A DNA stretch of 64,000 nucleotides from Diplonema japonicum (taxonomy: Eukaryota > Protista > Euglenozoa: Diplonemea): NCBI GenBank assembly GCA_964019335.1, contig OZ025667.1, positions 62,001 through 126,000 of the forward strand. Reading direction: 5' to 3'. The notes below the pieces were generated by a model, which ran no database searches, had not been told where the DNA came from, and was given only the letters and a program-made list of their open reading frames with translations. Made by a program: the position numbers and the translations under genes. Each line of letters begins with the position of its first letter. Within the stretch, counting starts at the first letter, position 1. Below are positions 32,479-45,492 of the stretch, one piece after another.

Positions 32479-32808
32479 TTTTTTTTTCTTTTTTTTTTGT
32501 TGTGTTTGCTGGAACCAACACCTTTATACAAACTCTTTTCCGAAAAGACATTGTAAGCATGTAGTAGAAAAAAAAAAAAAAAAAAAAAGAAGGAGAAAAA
32601 AAAAAAAAAAAAAAAAAACCGACAAATCAGCCGCCTCTTTTTTTTCTTTTTTCTTTTTTTTTTTTCCCTTCTTTCCTCCATCTGTGTTTCGGACTATTTT
32701 CTTTTCTCCCCCCCCCCCCCCTTACCAATAAATATAACATTCCCACAGAAGGGGAGGGGCGAGAGAGCGCGTTGAGAGGAGGGGGGGTGTTTTTTTTTAT
32801 ATATATAA

Positions 32809-33631
32809 ATGAATGTTCTAAAAAATATATTTAACAAGAAGAAGGATAAGAACAAAGGAGAGAAGGGAGGCGATGTGGCAACGCAGTCCACAGGGAACCT
32901 GAGCGTGGGAGGGTTCGGCGACGAAAAAGTAACGAAAGATGACTTTGACTCTTTGAAGCTGCTCGGAAAGGGGTCGTTTGCAAAGGTACGCACAAAAACA
33001 CAAAAAAAAAAAAAAAACACACCCAATAAAAAGGTCGTTCTTGTGAAGAAGAAAGACACCGGAAAGATCTTTGCGATGAAAGTTATCGTGAAAGAAAGTG
33101 TACTCCAGCACCAACGGGTTCAGGATGTATTCACGGAGAGAGGCGTCCTCCTTAGAAGCAACCACCCCTTCTTGTGCAAGCTACACTGGACCTTCCAGTC
33201 TGAACATAAATTATTTTTCATTATGGATTACTACCATGGGGGAGACCTGGACGGCTACTTGAATAAGCAGCCCAACAAGAAGCTGAAACCCTCCACAGCA
33301 AGGCTCTACGCCGCCGAGGTCCTCCTTGCCCTCATCTACCTTCATGAAAACGGTATTATCTACAGAGATTTGAAGCCTGAGAACATTCTGATGGGTGGCG
33401 ACGGCCATCCCTGTCTCTCTGACTTCGGGTTGTCAAAGGATTTCGGTGCCTTCTCCCTTGACGACGATGCAAGGACAGCGTCCTTCGTCGGGTCGCCCTT
33501 CTACGTAGCTCCTGACGTTTTGCGGCAAAAACAGTACACCTCAGCGATCGACTACTGGTCGTTTGGTATCTTGCTGTTCAGAATGCTGGTCAGCAGACCG
33601 CCTTTCTTGGGTATGTGGGGTGGGAGGAAGG

Positions 33632-33668
<37 letters not shown>

Positions 33669-34199
33669 TCGCAGCATGAAGGAAGTTTTCGACAATATTC
33701 TGTACCAAGAGCTTCGGTTCAGTCAGGTACCGAATGGGGTGGGGAAAAAAAAAAAAAGAAAAAAAAAAAAACTAGTCCAACCCTATCTCCGCCGATGCCA
33801 TGGACCTCATAGCAAAATTGTTGGTCAAAGAACCTACCAAGAGAGCGAAAGGTGAGCAGGTGAAAAAGCATAAATTTTGGGTATGGAAGGAAGGGGGGAA
33901 TGACTGGAAAAAAAAAAAAAAAAAAAAAAAAAAAATAGGAGGGTTTGAACTGGGATCTCGTATATCAAAAGAAGATTGCACCTGAGGGATGGGTTGCCCC
34001 TGCGCCATTGCAGGTCGAAGGGGCCGACGATCCTGCTGCAACGCCTGGAGCGCCAAGTGCGGCAGTAAGTGCCCAGGCAATTGCAGCTACCCCTGCCAAC
34101 CAGGGGCCATTGGCTAATAGTGAGCAGCAGCTTTTCGATGGCTTTACCTTCACAGCCGACCCAGAGATTAAGAAGAAGGAAGGTGCGAAAGAAAAGTAG
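32809..34199 (+). CDS. AGC-family Ser/Thr kinase (RAC/SGK-like, resembling trypanosomatid AEK1); introns 32986-33033, 33611-33667, 33727-33775, 33881-33938
   Basis: [38 protein letters not shown], hydrophobic motif FDGFTF. Four GT-AG introns restore a continuous kinase domain. Confidence 0.9.
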
Positions 34200-34679
34200 C
34201 CCCCACGCCCCCCCCCCACAAAGGGAGTTTCCTTTTTTTATTTTTTTGCTTCTCTACCAGAACCTGTGTGATTTTTTTTTATTTCCTCCTTTTATTTACC
34301 ACCCCCCTTACCTTTTTTCTTTTCCAAAAGTTTTTGTTTTATAAAGAAAAGGTTTTTTTTTGCAGCTTTTTTATATTCTTTTTTTGTTTCTTAAAGAGAG
34401 TGAAGTTTTCAACAGAATAATAGTAGCAAAGAACGGTGAGGGGGGGGGGGGGGGGGGGGGGAGGAATTGAGAGGAGGGAGGAAGGGGAGAAAAAAAAAAG
34501 AAAATAATGAACAAGTCCTGCCCCCCGTCTTGTTAAGAAAACGAAAATAAGAAAAAAGAAAATCGGGGGAGAAGGATGACAACGGCGGAAGTTGGCCAAA
34601 GAAAAAAAAGTTTTTTTTTCCCTTATGTTGTTTCGCACAAATACATTTCCCCGTCTTCTCGCTTTTTTTTTTCTTTCTT

Positions 34680-34712
<33 letters not shown>

Positions 34713-35251
34713 GTCTTTAGTATTTTCTCCGTTTGTGATTGTACAGTGTCCCTACCCCTTTTCCCTTTTAATTTTAAGGAGCAGCAGGTCAATGAGTGGT
34801 GAACAAAGAAAAAAAGAAGAAAAAAAAAGAGACCCTTTAGAGTGCGTGAGTGCCCGCGTACCCCTTTTGAAATCCCTGCCTTTTTTTTTTCTTTCATGCT
34901 GCCTTTTTTCTTCATCCCGTGTGGACACCCTTCCTTTCTCTATTTGTCCCCCCCCCCCCCCCCCCCACCTTCTTTGTCCCCCTTTATGTTTCACATCCCC
35001 TCCCCCTTGTTTCACGGCCTACTCTCTATTCCCCTCGTCCCCTGTACTGAAGGAGAAGAAAACAGGAAGAAAAACCCCCCCCCCTAAAAAAGAGACCAAA
35101 AGAAAAAAAACAAAAAAAAAGAGAAATTACTTTGCTGCATTTTTTTCTTCTTCCCTCCCCTTTTTGCGTTGTTTTCTCAGCCTATCCCCACAAAAAGAGA
35201 GGGGGTGGGGATATATTTAAAAAAAAAAAAAAAAAACGACCCCACACAAAC

Positions 35252-36739
35252 ATGACCAACCACGATAACCTAATGGAAGCCCCTCCACCAGAGTGCTTTG
35301 AAACACCCGACGAAACCCTCCAGAGCATGAGTATTAGGTACAAAAGGGCGGTACCGGAGGAAACGTTGGACAATGTTATAGCGGCGGTTTCTCGGGGGCT
35401 TGGAGCGATGCACGAGTCTGGGATGTGCCACCATTGTCTCGCACCTGACAGAATATACTACATTAGCAACAAGTTTCGGATTTCCTACGCAGATAGGGGG
35501 AGGGACCTCGAAGGGTTTTCAAAATTTTTATTTCAACCTCCAGAAGAGAAGGTGAGATGGGATGCAAAGACAGACTTTTGGCTGTTGGGTGTTACCATTT
35601 TGTCCTGCTGTGGGGTCCTACAAGGCTCCTTAAGCAACGGCAACCTCTCCATGAACCTCGACAGACGCATTCTTATAGCAGACATCACAGGCCGCGGGTA
35701 TACGAAAAACTTCGCGAAAACCGTATCAAATCTACTTATACACCGGGCCTTCCTGGGTGAAAACACATCCCCTGAAAAACTGTTGTTCGCATCTGTCAGC
35801 AATGCCGATCTCAAATCGGTTGAAAAAGCCTTGATGTTCGGCGCGAACGTGAATGTAAAAAACGAGAACAATTCAACACCTTTAATGTTCGCTGTCTCCT
35901 CCAAAAACGAAGAGCTCACCATGTTTTTGCTAAGGAACAAAGCCTCTACCAGTGCAAGGGAAGCCTCCGGCATGACACCATTTCTCATAGCGGCACGCAA
36001 CGAATGGGAAAACGGACTGGTAATTCTCAAAGCAGCAGGGTGCAATGTTGACGAACAAGACGCAGGTGGGTGGTCAGCACTGATGTCCGCTGCACGGCAA
36101 AACAACGTTTTAACAGCATCAACCCTGTTACATATAGGCACTGACCCGTCGTTGGTGACAAAAGGCGGTTGGACAGCCTTATTGATCGCTTGTCAAGAGG
36201 GATCAACAGAGGTTGTTAGAATATTGTTAAGCCGTGCTGCGTCGCATGTTGGTGAAAGAAATATTTGCACGGGTAGGACTGCTTTGATGATGGCAGCGCA
36301 GTCCGGTCATGCTGATGTTCTTCGGCTTTTACATGAATACAAGGCTTCACCCAACATTGTTGATAAAGATGGTTGGACGGCGCTGCTGATCGCTGTACTT
36401 CACGAGCAGGCGAATGCCGTGTTGATACTGCTGACGGTGTGCGGGGCGGACCCTTCGCAGTTTAACGGTGTGGCGACGCCGTTGGTAGCCGCGATAGAAA
36501 CTGGTTCTCTCGATATCACCAGGTTGCTTCTTCAGGCGGGGGCGGATCCTTATCAGGTGTCGCCTTGTACAGGGATGACAGCACTGATGACTTGCACCAA
36601 ACTAAATCAACCAGCCATTGCGCAATGCATGCTGAATGAGTTCAATATAGCCGCACACAGTGCTAACCTGCGTTCAGCTGTCGATGTTGCCAGAAAGCTG
36701 GACTACCCAGAAATGGTGCAGGTTTTATCGTGCTCGTAG
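35252..36739 (+). CDS. Truncated pseudokinase C-lobe fused to ankyrin repeats
   Basis: GL..MH..G.CHHCL.P..I, KTDFWLLG.TI kinase-like remnants, followed by about 8 ankyrin repeats (G.TAL..A). Confidence 0.8.
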   Translation: MTNHDNLMEAPPPECFETPDETLQSMSIRYKRAVPEETLDNVIAAVSRGLGAMHESGMCHHCLAPDRIYYISNKFRISYADRGRDLEGFSKFLFQPPEEKVRWDAKTDFWLLGVTILSCCGVLQGSLSNGNLSMNLDRRILIADITGRGYTKNFAKTVSNLLIHRAFLGENTSPEKLLFASVSNADLKSVEKALMFGANVNVKNENNSTPLMFAVSSKNEELTMFLLRNKASTSAREASGMTPFLIAARNEWENGLVILKAAGCNVDEQDAGGWSALMSAARQNNVLTASTLLHIGTDPSLVTKGGWTALLIACQEGSTEVVRILLSRAASHVGERNICTGRTALMMAAQSGHADVLRLLHEYKASPNIVDKDGWTALLIAVLHEQANAVLILLTVCGADPSQFNGVATPLVAAIETGSLDITRLLLQAGADPYQVSPCTGMTALMTCTKLNQPAIAQCMLNEFNIAAHSANLRSAVDVARKLDYPEMVQVLSCS

Positions 36740-37007
36740 GATGAAGGAGAAAAAAAAAAAAAAAAAAAAAAAAGGTTTAAGAGGAGCAGTTTGATTTGTT
36801 CCGGTTTCACAGATGATTCGCATCCACCATTATCCCCTTATACCGTGTACTTAATCTCCTTTTTTTGTTGTTGTTTCCCCCCCTCCCCCTTTTTTTTTTC
36901 ATTCACCACCCCATCCGCCTGATTGAATCTATTAAAAAAAAAAGAAATTAAAAAAAAGAAAAAGGATTATCATAAACAAAAGAACACCTCATTCTAACCC
37001 CGCAAAC

Positions 37008-37520
37008 ATGCATGAAGCTCTTTTGAACCGTATCAGGATGTGGAGGGAGAGAGAGGTAAGGGCTCGCGGGGTAACACCTGGGTTCTTGCTGACGCAAGAG
37101 GAGATGATCAGCCTTTGTGAAAAGGTACCAGAGTCGCCGTGGGACTTACTTGAGTGCATCGGGAACAAGGCTTTCACCGGGGATGGTCCATATCTGCTGA
37201 TGGAATGCAGGCATGCGAAGGGGCATTTCAGCTGCCAAGCAGACTGCTCAGCAGATATTCTTGAACTTAAAAGTGCCATGGCGCCCATCAAGCTCTTGCG
37301 GGCACTTAAGAAGCGAGGGATCAACGCCGCTGACCTTTCACGACTTTTGGCCATTCCAGAGCAACTCGTTCATCTCTTCCTCCTGCACCCAAACCGCATC
37401 GGTGCTTTGCCCCCTGCCGAGGACGCCCCCTGCCCTTGCCCATCGTCTATCTCCCCCCCCCCAACCTCCGTCAAAAAACGGAGGTGCAAGAAGAAATTGA
37501 AAAAGAAAACTCCCCATTAA
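37008..37520 (+). CDS. Small protein with N-terminal HRDC-like domain
   Basis: L...R.WR.R.....V.P...L....M..L....P.S...L...IG pattern; basic C-terminal NLS-like stretch. Confidence 0.55.
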   Translation: MHEALLNRIRMWREREVRARGVTPGFLLTQEEMISLCEKVPESPWDLLECIGNKAFTGDGPYLLMECRHAKGHFSCQADCSADILELKSAMAPIKLLRALKKRGINAADLSRLLAIPEQLVHLFLLHPNRIGALPPAEDAPCPCPSSISPPPTSVKKRRCKKKLKKKTPH

Positions 37521-37682
37521 CATGGTGTGTGTTTTGCCCCCCCCCTACTTTTTTTTACACGCAGCTTTTATTTCGTTAGGAGATCCTGTCACATGCTGCA
37601 GGTTCCCTTCAAAGATATCTTTTATTTATTCATTTCTTTTTTCTTTTTGAGTGCATTTCTTTTTGCTCCAGGTAGACACACA

Positions 37683-38186
37683 ATGCGGCGGACAAGGCCG
37701 GTTTTTGAAGAGGGATGGCGCAGGGGGTTGGAATTACTGGAGAGTATTAAAGCAGGGGAGATGGACGATGCATGGGAGGTTTTTGAGGGCGGGGAGGTTG
37801 ACCTGGAAGTGACGGATGCATACGGGTCAACACCTTTGATCCTCGCAGCACGGAGGGGGGAGGAGCCGCTCTGCAGGGCGCTGCTGGATAAGGGTGCCGA
37901 CGTCAATGTGCAGAACGGGTTCGGCAGCACCGCACTGACCTGTGCTGCCACGAACAACCACATTGCTACAGTGCAGGCTTTACTCACAAACAAAGCAGAC
38001 GTGAATATCCGAACAAGGCTCGGGTCAACCCCTCTCATCAAGGCCGCAGCTGCAGGCAACACAGACGTCTGCATGCTGCTCGTGGAACACGGCGCAAACG
38101 CATCCTTCTCAACTAAACTCGGTGTCACTGCAACCACCGCTGCCGAGGCACATCCTGACCTCCATGAGAAGCTTCGCAATATTTGA
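37683..38186 (+). CDS. Ankyrin-repeat protein
   Basis: Three to four GSTPL..AA ankyrin repeats; start at MRRTRPV. Confidence 0.85.
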   Translation: MRRTRPVFEEGWRRGLELLESIKAGEMDDAWEVFEGGEVDLEVTDAYGSTPLILAARRGEEPLCRALLDKGADVNVQNGFGSTALTCAATNNHIATVQALLTNKADVNIRTRLGSTPLIKAAAAGNTDVCMLLVEHGANASFSTKLGVTATTAAEAHPDLHEKLRNI

Positions 38187-38317
38187 TGAAGCAGGGATTT
38201 TAGTTAGATTCGGAGGGGAAAAAAAATTTTTTTTCCCCCATTTTTGTGTTGCGTCATCGAGCGGAAAAAAAAAAAAAGAAAAGAGAGGAGGGGAAAAAAA
38301 AAAAACAAAGGGGAAAA

Positions 38318-38590
38318 ATGCTGCGCAGTACAGCCGCCCGACTCGCCCTTCACGAGGGTGTCGTCAGTACTTTCCAAGGGAAGCATCCCGTTATCCGGCT
38401 TGACTCTGGTCCCACAATAACGATTACCGGTGATGCCCCGTTCATGATGCGAGCGCAGCGGGTGTGCCTCGACAACTCGAACGAGGAATGGAAGGTTAAG
38501 GAAGTGTACAAAAACAGCGCGTCCACGGGCGGCGGTGAATCCATGTCCGTGTGTTGGAACAACAAGTTCGCAAGCAAGTCGAGAAAGTAA
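38318..38590 (+). CDS. Small hypothetical protein with mitochondrial-type presequence
   Basis: 90-aa complex-sequence ORF (MLRSTAARL...) between homopolymer tracts. Confidence 0.6.
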   Translation: MLRSTAARLALHEGVVSTFQGKHPVIRLDSGPTITITGDAPFMMRAQRVCLDNSNEEWKVKEVYKNSASTGGGESMSVCWNNKFASKSRK

Positions 38591-38627
38591 AACCGGGAGG
38601 GCACTGGGGTTTCTTTTTTCTTCTTCT

Positions 38628-38671
<44 letters not shown>

Positions 38672-38781
38672 GTGGCAGTGTGTACCTTGTTTCCTTTTTT
38701 TTTTTTTTACTTTCAGTTTTCTTTTCCTGCAAAAAAAAAAAAAAAAGAGGGTTGACAAAAAAAAAAGAGGAAAAAAAAAAA

Positions 38782-41710
38782 ATGGGTGAAGAAGAAAGTG
38801 TTAAAGTGGCGGTGAGAATGCGCCTGTTCAACCAACGGGAGAAGACGGCCGGAGCGACGAGGGTGGTAAGAATGCAGAACGAGGAGAAGGGAAGCAAGAC
38901 GTTCATCACGAACCCTGAAACAAATGAAGAAAAATCATTCGCGTTCGATTACTCGTTCCAATCACACTCTGAAACAGAGCAAAACATAGGCCCTTACGCA
39001 GACCAAGATACAGTGTTCAACGATCTGGGAAAACCCGTTTTATACTCGGCACTGGAAGGGCGGAACGTTTGCCTGTTTGCGTACGGACAAACGGGAGCAG
39101 GGAAATCGTTTTCAATGCTTGGCAAAGCGAACCCTCCGGAACTACAAGGTATCATCCCAAGATCGTGTTTGGAAATCTTTCGGCTACGCGACTTGGAACG
39201 AGACGACCCATGTGTTAAGTATCAAATCCACATGCAGGTGGTTGAGATCTACTGTGAAATGATTAACGACCTTCTTGACAGTAGAAAAAACTGGCCGCCA
39301 AACGGACACAAACCCCGTCTTACAAAAGATGGCTATGTTGTGGACACCATCACCAAGCCCTGTTTCAACTATGAGGATATTGAAGCCTCGTTTCGTTTTG
39401 CAGACCAGAACCGATCTGTTGGGTCGCACGCATTGAACCCGGAATCGTCCCGTGCGCACACCATTTACTGTATTGGATACCAACGGCAGAAGAAAACAAC
39501 ACCTGATGCGAAACAGGCGGAGACGATCTCCGCGAAGATCAACCTTGTAGATCTTGCAGGGTCCGAAAGATCCGAGTCAGCAGGCACAACAGGACAGATG
39601 TTAAAGGAAGGCAACGCCATTAATTTATCCCTCACGGCGCTGGGAAGCACCATCAAGGCGTTGTCCGAAGGAAAACGTCCGAATTTCCGTGATTCGAAAT
39701 TGACACTCCTGCTTCAAGGTTCCATGACAAACGGGAAGGTTATCATGATAGCCGCTGTGTCACCAGCATCGATATGTTATGATGAAAGCATGTCAACTTT
39801 ACGATTTGCGGAACGCATCAAAATGGTGAAGATCAAGGCGAAGAAGAACGTGACACAGGATCCAGTCGCCGAGATTAAAAAAGAGATGGAGGAGATGCGG
39901 AACAGAATGCAGGAAGAAATCAATCAGCTCAAGGCAGTGTGCGGGGGCGATACCAGCGCTCTGACCGGCGGTGGCGGGAACGAAGAGGAACTCCGCCTTC
40001 TTTTGGAGAAAAAGAAAGAGGAAGAACGGCAGCTAAAAGAAGACTTCGAAAATCAACTGAAAGGCTTGCAAGAAACAGACGAAGACAGAAGGAACAAAGC
40101 AGCTGCCATCAACAACAAATGGGCGACTGCGTTCGGTGGAGCATCCCAACAAAAACCAGAAGACGTCAAAGAACCGCATCTTCGTAACCTGAACGAAGAC
40201 GCCAGACTGGCTGAAACGCTAGTATACATCCTCAGAGACGGCACTACAAAAATAGGCCGATCAAACAAATTAGACCCACCCCACATCGAATTCAATGGTA
40301 TGGGTATTGTCCGAAGCCACATGGAAGTGGAATGGGACAAGGAAACCGGCAAGGTCTGGATAGTAACCGACGAACCAAACTCCACAACATTAAACGGTAA
40401 GAAAGTCGAGACGCGGATAGAAATGAAGCACAACAACAGGCTGTGGCTGGGCAACAACTACGCCTTCCGGTTCGTGTACCCCGGTAAGGAATCTGAAGGG
40501 GAGCAGTTCGAGACCACGCCGGACTATCTTTTCGCAGAGGCGGAGATCGCAGAGGCAAACCAACAAAAAACATCCAATTCAGAAGGCCTCCCCGTCGCCC
40601 TCGGCCACCAACTCTCCGAGGCTCTCAAAAAGGTCGAACAAGCAAACATTATTGTTAACGACCTGAACGTCGACTCAGGGTTCAGACCAAAAATTGTCAA
40701 GGACAGAGAATCAGGTGACGACATGGTCGCAGTGTCTGTAAACATGCCTCAAGGACTCCTTGTTTGGCCGTGGGAAAAATTCGCGTCAAGACTAGTCGAT
40801 ATGGTAAAGATCTGGCAGGAATGGCAGTACGCGCTTGATAACAACCAGGCCTTCGAGCTTCCTGAACCTAGTGTGTCTCCGTTCTTCGATTTTGAAGACC
40901 AGCTGATAGGTGAGGCTGATGTTTGGTTGCAGTCGTTAGGCAATATGCTTGAAGTTGAAACTGCAGCGGTGATCATGGACCCCTCAGCAGGCGCGCAAGG
41001 GAGAATTCAAATCGCACTGTCACCACTAGACTCCAAAGGCAACGAGGGTCCTTGGGACGATCCAGAACTTGAAGACCTCGACCCCTTCGTCGACGCCCCC
41101 TCCGAGCTTATCGGGAAGGAAATCTCGTGGAAGGTGAAAATCAACAATATTATGTTTGACGCTGGCGACATGCTCCTCAGCAAGGCCACCGCCTGTAAGT
41201 ACGAGAAGGTGTGGGTTAGATATAGAGTCAACAGCAAGGACCCTTCTGAACCATGGTCACAGACGGACCCTTCAGGGGCGGCTTGTTTGGACCCCTCGTA
41301 TAACTTTGTTAAAAAACACTCATTCAAAGTAACGCCTGAGTTTGCAAAATATCTTGAAAAAGGTATAAAGGGAGGGGGGGGGGGGGCGTACTTTTTTTTT
41401 AAAAAATTATTTTTTTTTCCTGCAGGATTTGTGCGATTCCAAATTTGGGGAAAGCTTGTGGCGACGGTGAATACAGATGCTGCTGTTCAAAGGTTTAAAA
41501 AAAAAAAAAAAAAAAAAATCGTAGGGCAAAGCAAGCAGAGCTCATGGCTCTACTGAAAAACCACTGTCAAGATGTCCCCGACCCTACTGGGCTACCCGAT
41601 CTATGGTCGGTGGTATGATTTTGTTGCAAAAAAAAAAGTTTTTTTTTTGAAAGGTACCCGTGTTCCGTGACCCTGATGGTGCAGTGCACAGTGCCCCACC
41701 CAAGGGGTGA
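38782..41710 (+). CDS. Kinesin-3 family motor (Unc104/KIF1/KIF28-like) with FHA domain; introns 41363-41425, 41493-41524, 41613-41653
   Basis: VKVAVR.R, FAFDYSF, AYGQTGAGKSFSM, SSRAH, LVDLAGSE, PHL.NLNED..L, FHA IGR...G.GI...H, G..Y.FRF. The 3' exon model is inferred. Confidence 0.88.
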
Positions 41711-42501
41711 TGCGGCATTGAGGGAAGGGAGAATGTAAGTAAGAAGCAGCTGAGGGGGGGGGGGGGGGGGGTTGGAAAGAAAGAAACTTCCCCCCCTTGG
41801 CCCTCGGTATACACAGATACAATATCTACGAAAAATGAAAACGAAAAAGAAGGAAAAAAAAAAAAGAAAAACAGCGCGACTTTTTTTATTTTTTTATTTT
41901 ATTTATTTAACACGGAAACACGAATTCAAAATAGTTGCAAAGTGTTAGTCTAGGCCCCCCCCCGAGTACCATTTTTTTATCTATCATCGTTTACCCAGCA
42001 GTTGTCACTTTCTGGAGAGTCGATATTTTCGTGAAAGGTGGGGGGAGGGGGAAGAAACAAAACGACACTTGTTGACACCTTGAATTTTAACCAGGTAACA
42101 AACATAAAAAAAAGAGAAGAAAGTGGAGAAGAAAGAAAAAAGGAAGAAGAATGTGTTTTTCGTGTTCTATACGCAGTTTTTATTTTTATTTTTATTTTTT
42201 TATACGCATAGACCTTTCACAGTGTCATGTGCTTCCCCTGCATCTGTACATCAATTGTCTTCTTCTTTTTCTTTCTTTTTCTTTTTTTTCTTTTTTTTTT
42301 TGTTCAAAAAACTAACAAACGAGGTGGGGAAAAAAAGAAAATAGTAAAATATAAGAAAAGAAAAAGAGAAAAAAACCCCCCCCCCAAACTGTGAATAGCA
42401 GCCTTCTTATTATTCAATTCTTTTTTTTTTTTGTAAAAAAAAAACCATTCATTTCAAAAAAAAAAGGTTATTATTACAAACTATAAAAAAAAAAAAAAAA
42501 A

Positions 42502-43821
42502 ATGACTGACTACAAGGTTAAGGACATCTCGCTCGCTGAGTTCGGGCGCAAGGAGATCGAGCTTGCTGAGAACGAGATGCCTGGTCTCATGGAGCTCCGT
42601 GAGGAGTTCGGCGAGAAGAAGCCCCTTGCTGGTGCCAAGGTCGCTGGTTGCCTCCACATGACCATCCAGACTGCCGTGCTCATGGAGACCCTCAAGGCCC
42701 TCGGTGCTGAGGTGAGGTGGTCCTCGTGCAACATCTTCTCCACCCAGGACCACGCCGCCGCCGCCATGGCCAAGGCCGGGATCCCCACCTTCGCATGGAA
42801 GGGTGAGACCGAAGACGAGTACAACTGGTGCGTGGAGCAGACCATCAAGGGTTTCTCCGGCAACGGCTACCCCAACATCCTCCTTGACGACGGTGGTGAC
42901 CTGACCAACCTTGTGCTCTCCAAGGGCTTCGACAGCGACCTTGTGAAGGGTATCGTGGGTGTCTCTGAGGAGACCACCACCGGTGTGAAGGCCCTCTTCA
43001 AGAGGTGCAAGAACAAGACCCTCCCCTTCCCTAGTATCAACGTGAACGACTCCGTCACCAAGTCCAAGTTCGACAACCTGTACGGCTGCCGTGAGTCCCT
43101 TGTCGACGGGATCAAGCGTGCCACTGACGTCATGATCGCCGGTAAGACCTGCGTCGTTGCGGGGTACGGTGACGTTGGTAAGGGGTGCGCTGCTGCCCTT
43201 CGCAACTTCGGTGCGCGTGTTATGGTGACCGAGATCGACCCTATCAACGCCCTGCAGGCGCTCATGGAGGGGTACCAGGTGGTGCTCATGGAGGACGTTG
43301 TTGAGGAGTGCCACATCTTCGTGACGACCACCGGCAACGACGACATCATCACCAAGGAGCACTTCCCCAAGATGATGAACGACGCCATCGTGTGCAACAT
43401 CGGGCACTTCGACACTGAGATCCAGGTCGCCTGGTTGAACGAGAACTGCAAGGAGAAGATCGAGGTGAAGCCCCAGGTGGACAGGTACACCATGCCCAGC
43501 GGCAGGCACATCATCCTTCTTGCTGAGGGCAGGCTTGTGAACCTTGGCTGTGCCACCGGCCACCCTTCGTTTGTTATGTCGAACTCCTTCTCCAACCAGG
43601 TGCTTGCGCAGATTGAGCTTTGGACCAACAAGGACAACGACAAGTACCCCAAGGGTATCCAGACCGAGGTCTTCCTCCTCCCTAAGGAGCTTGACGAGAA
43701 GGTCGCTGCTGCTCACCTTAACAAGCTTGGTGCCAAGCTCACCAAGCTCAACGCCAAGCAGGCTGAGTACATCGGTGTGTCCGTGGAGGGTCCCTTCAAG
43801 CCCGCCCACTACCGTTACTAG
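42502..43821 (+). CDS. AHCY: S-adenosylhomocysteine hydrolase
   Basis: [68 protein letters not shown]; strong codon bias. Confidence 0.97.
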   Translation: MTDYKVKDISLAEFGRKEIELAENEMPGLMELREEFGEKKPLAGAKVAGCLHMTIQTAVLMETLKALGAEVRWSSCNIFSTQDHAAAAMAKAGIPTFAWKGETEDEYNWCVEQTIKGFSGNGYPNILLDDGGDLTNLVLSKGFDSDLVKGIVGVSEETTTGVKALFKRCKNKTLPFPSINVNDSVTKSKFDNLYGCRESLVDGIKRATDVMIAGKTCVVAGYGDVGKGCAAALRNFGARVMVTEIDPINALQALMEGYQVVLMEDVVEECHIFVTTTGNDDIITKEHFPKMMNDAIVCNIGHFDTEIQVAWLNENCKEKIEVKPQVDRYTMPSGRHIILLAEGRLVNLGCATGHPSFVMSNSFSNQVLAQIELWTNKDNDKYPKGIQTEVFLLPKELDEKVAAAHLNKLGAKLTKLNAKQAEYIGVSVEGPFKPAHYRY

Positions 43822-44480
43822 GCACAAGTGGGTTGCTTGTCTTTCGTGACAGGAAATAGGATAAAATAATATATTATAAAAAAAAGAAAAATAAAAGTAA
43901 AAGATTATATAAATCACGGGGGGGGGTTGGTAAACCGTGCCTTTTTTTGGTGAAGGCACACACGGTTGCGGGGGGGGGTTGAGGGGGGACAATGATCCTT
44001 TGATCTTTTTTTTTGACCTTCTTTGGATGTTGTCCCTGTTTTTTTTTTTTTTTTCTTCTTTTTTTTTTCACAAGAGCGCTATCTCAGTTGAAATTCTAAA
44101 CTGAAACAGCGGCTGCTGGTTGCGGGGGGGGGCTGGAAAAAAAAATGGTCAGGTGGAAGATTAAAAAGAAAAAAAAAGGGGGGGGGAAAGAAAGAAAATT
44201 GCAGAAAGATTAAACAGGATTTTTCTAAATTACCCTTTTTTTTTGCCCCCTTCTTTTTTTTTCTTTTTCCTTTCTTCCTCTCCCCAAACATTATTTTTTA
44301 TTTATTATTTCTCTTTCTCTCTCTTCTCTCTCTCTCTCTCTCTCTCTTTCTTTTTTCTATTTTTTTTATTTTTATTTGTTAAACTTCCCTTATAAATTAA
44401 ACCTTCCCCCCCCCCTTTTTTTAAATACCACCCGCATATAACCCATCATAAAAAAAAAAAAAAGAAAACTATTTTTTTCA

Positions 44481-44514
<34 letters not shown>

Positions 44515-44526
44515 AATAATAAAAAA

Positions 44527-45492
44527 ATGTCGAGCACATACGGATACCGCTCAGGCACTGGAGGACCCGCTGGAATCATAACGAGCGCACCAAGGGGAGG
44601 ATATTTGGGAAATGCCAGCATGGTGCCGACATCAACATCTAGCCACAGCACGTACAAACGGGATACTACAGGGGCGTGGGAAATGGGCAACCGGTACACA
44701 ACAAATTCCTACCACTCGTCCACCCTAACCCAAGGCAGTGTGAACAGCCATGTAAGCACAGCTATTCCAAGAGTGGGAAGGTCCAGCTCCACAAGGGGCT
44801 ACAGAGTCGCAAAAACCCCTCAGCAATATGTAGCAACTAACACAGTCTCCTCACCCCGTGCCACAACACCATCATCTAGATATTCTTCGAGAGGGTACCT
44901 TCCAGTACACACGCAGTCTCCGTTGAAACAACCTGTTTTGAGGTCGAACAGAGCAACCCTTGTATTGGACCTTGATGAAACGTTAGTGCATTCGAGTTTT
45001 GATCCAATTCCCGCTGATTTGCATATCCCGTTGGTGATGGATGGAGAGCATTACGTAGCTTATGTGAATAAAAGGCCGCATGTGGAGGCGTTTTTGGTGA
45101 AGTGTGTGGAGCTGTTCGATGTAGTGGTGTGGACGGCCTCGTTGTCGGTGTACGCAGAACCGCTTGTTAATGAGCTTTGCAGAATGGCGAGGTGCGGGAA
45201 CCTTAAGAAGATGTACCGTGAGCACTGTACAGAGGTGGCAGGTGGTGGGTATGTTAAGGATCTTACTACCTTGGGGAGGTCTTTGAATGATGTGTGTATT
45301 TTGGACAACTCGCCCTCCGTTGCCATTTTCCAGCCGCAGAACCTCATCCCCATTGTGTCGTGGTATGAGGACCGCAACGACTCGGCGCTGCTCCAGCTTT
45401 TCCCGTTCCTTGAGCGGCTTGCGCAGTCCACCTCCGTGCAATCTGCTATTTCCAGCCATGTTGGGTTCAGCAATGCTTCGTGGTCTGCTTAG
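44527..45492 (+). CDS. SCP/CTD small phosphatase-like (FCP1/NIF HAD) protein
   Basis: TLVLDLDETLVHSS, KRP.V..FL, VWTAS...YA, YREHC, YVKDL..LGR, ILDNSP. Confidence 0.92.
   Translation: MSSTYGYRSGTGGPAGIITSAPRGGYLGNASMVPTSTSSHSTYKRDTTGAWEMGNRYTTNSYHSSTLTQGSVNSHVSTAIPRVGRSSSTRGYRVAKTPQQYVATNTVSSPRATTPSSRYSSRGYLPVHTQSPLKQPVLRSNRATLVLDLDETLVHSSFDPIPADLHIPLVMDGEHYVAYVNKRPHVEAFLVKCVELFDVVVWTASLSVYAEPLVNELCRMARCGNLKKMYREHCTEVAGGGYVKDLTTLGRSLNDVCILDNSPSVAIFQPQNLIPIVSWYEDRNDSALLQLFPFLERLAQSTSVQSAISSHVGFSNASWSA

Noticed and set aside
42481-43992. Long antisense ORFs over AHCY (also 15397-16395, 21275-22726, 53031-54620, 59287-60339)
   Set aside because: Shadow ORFs caused by strong codon bias on the sense strand.
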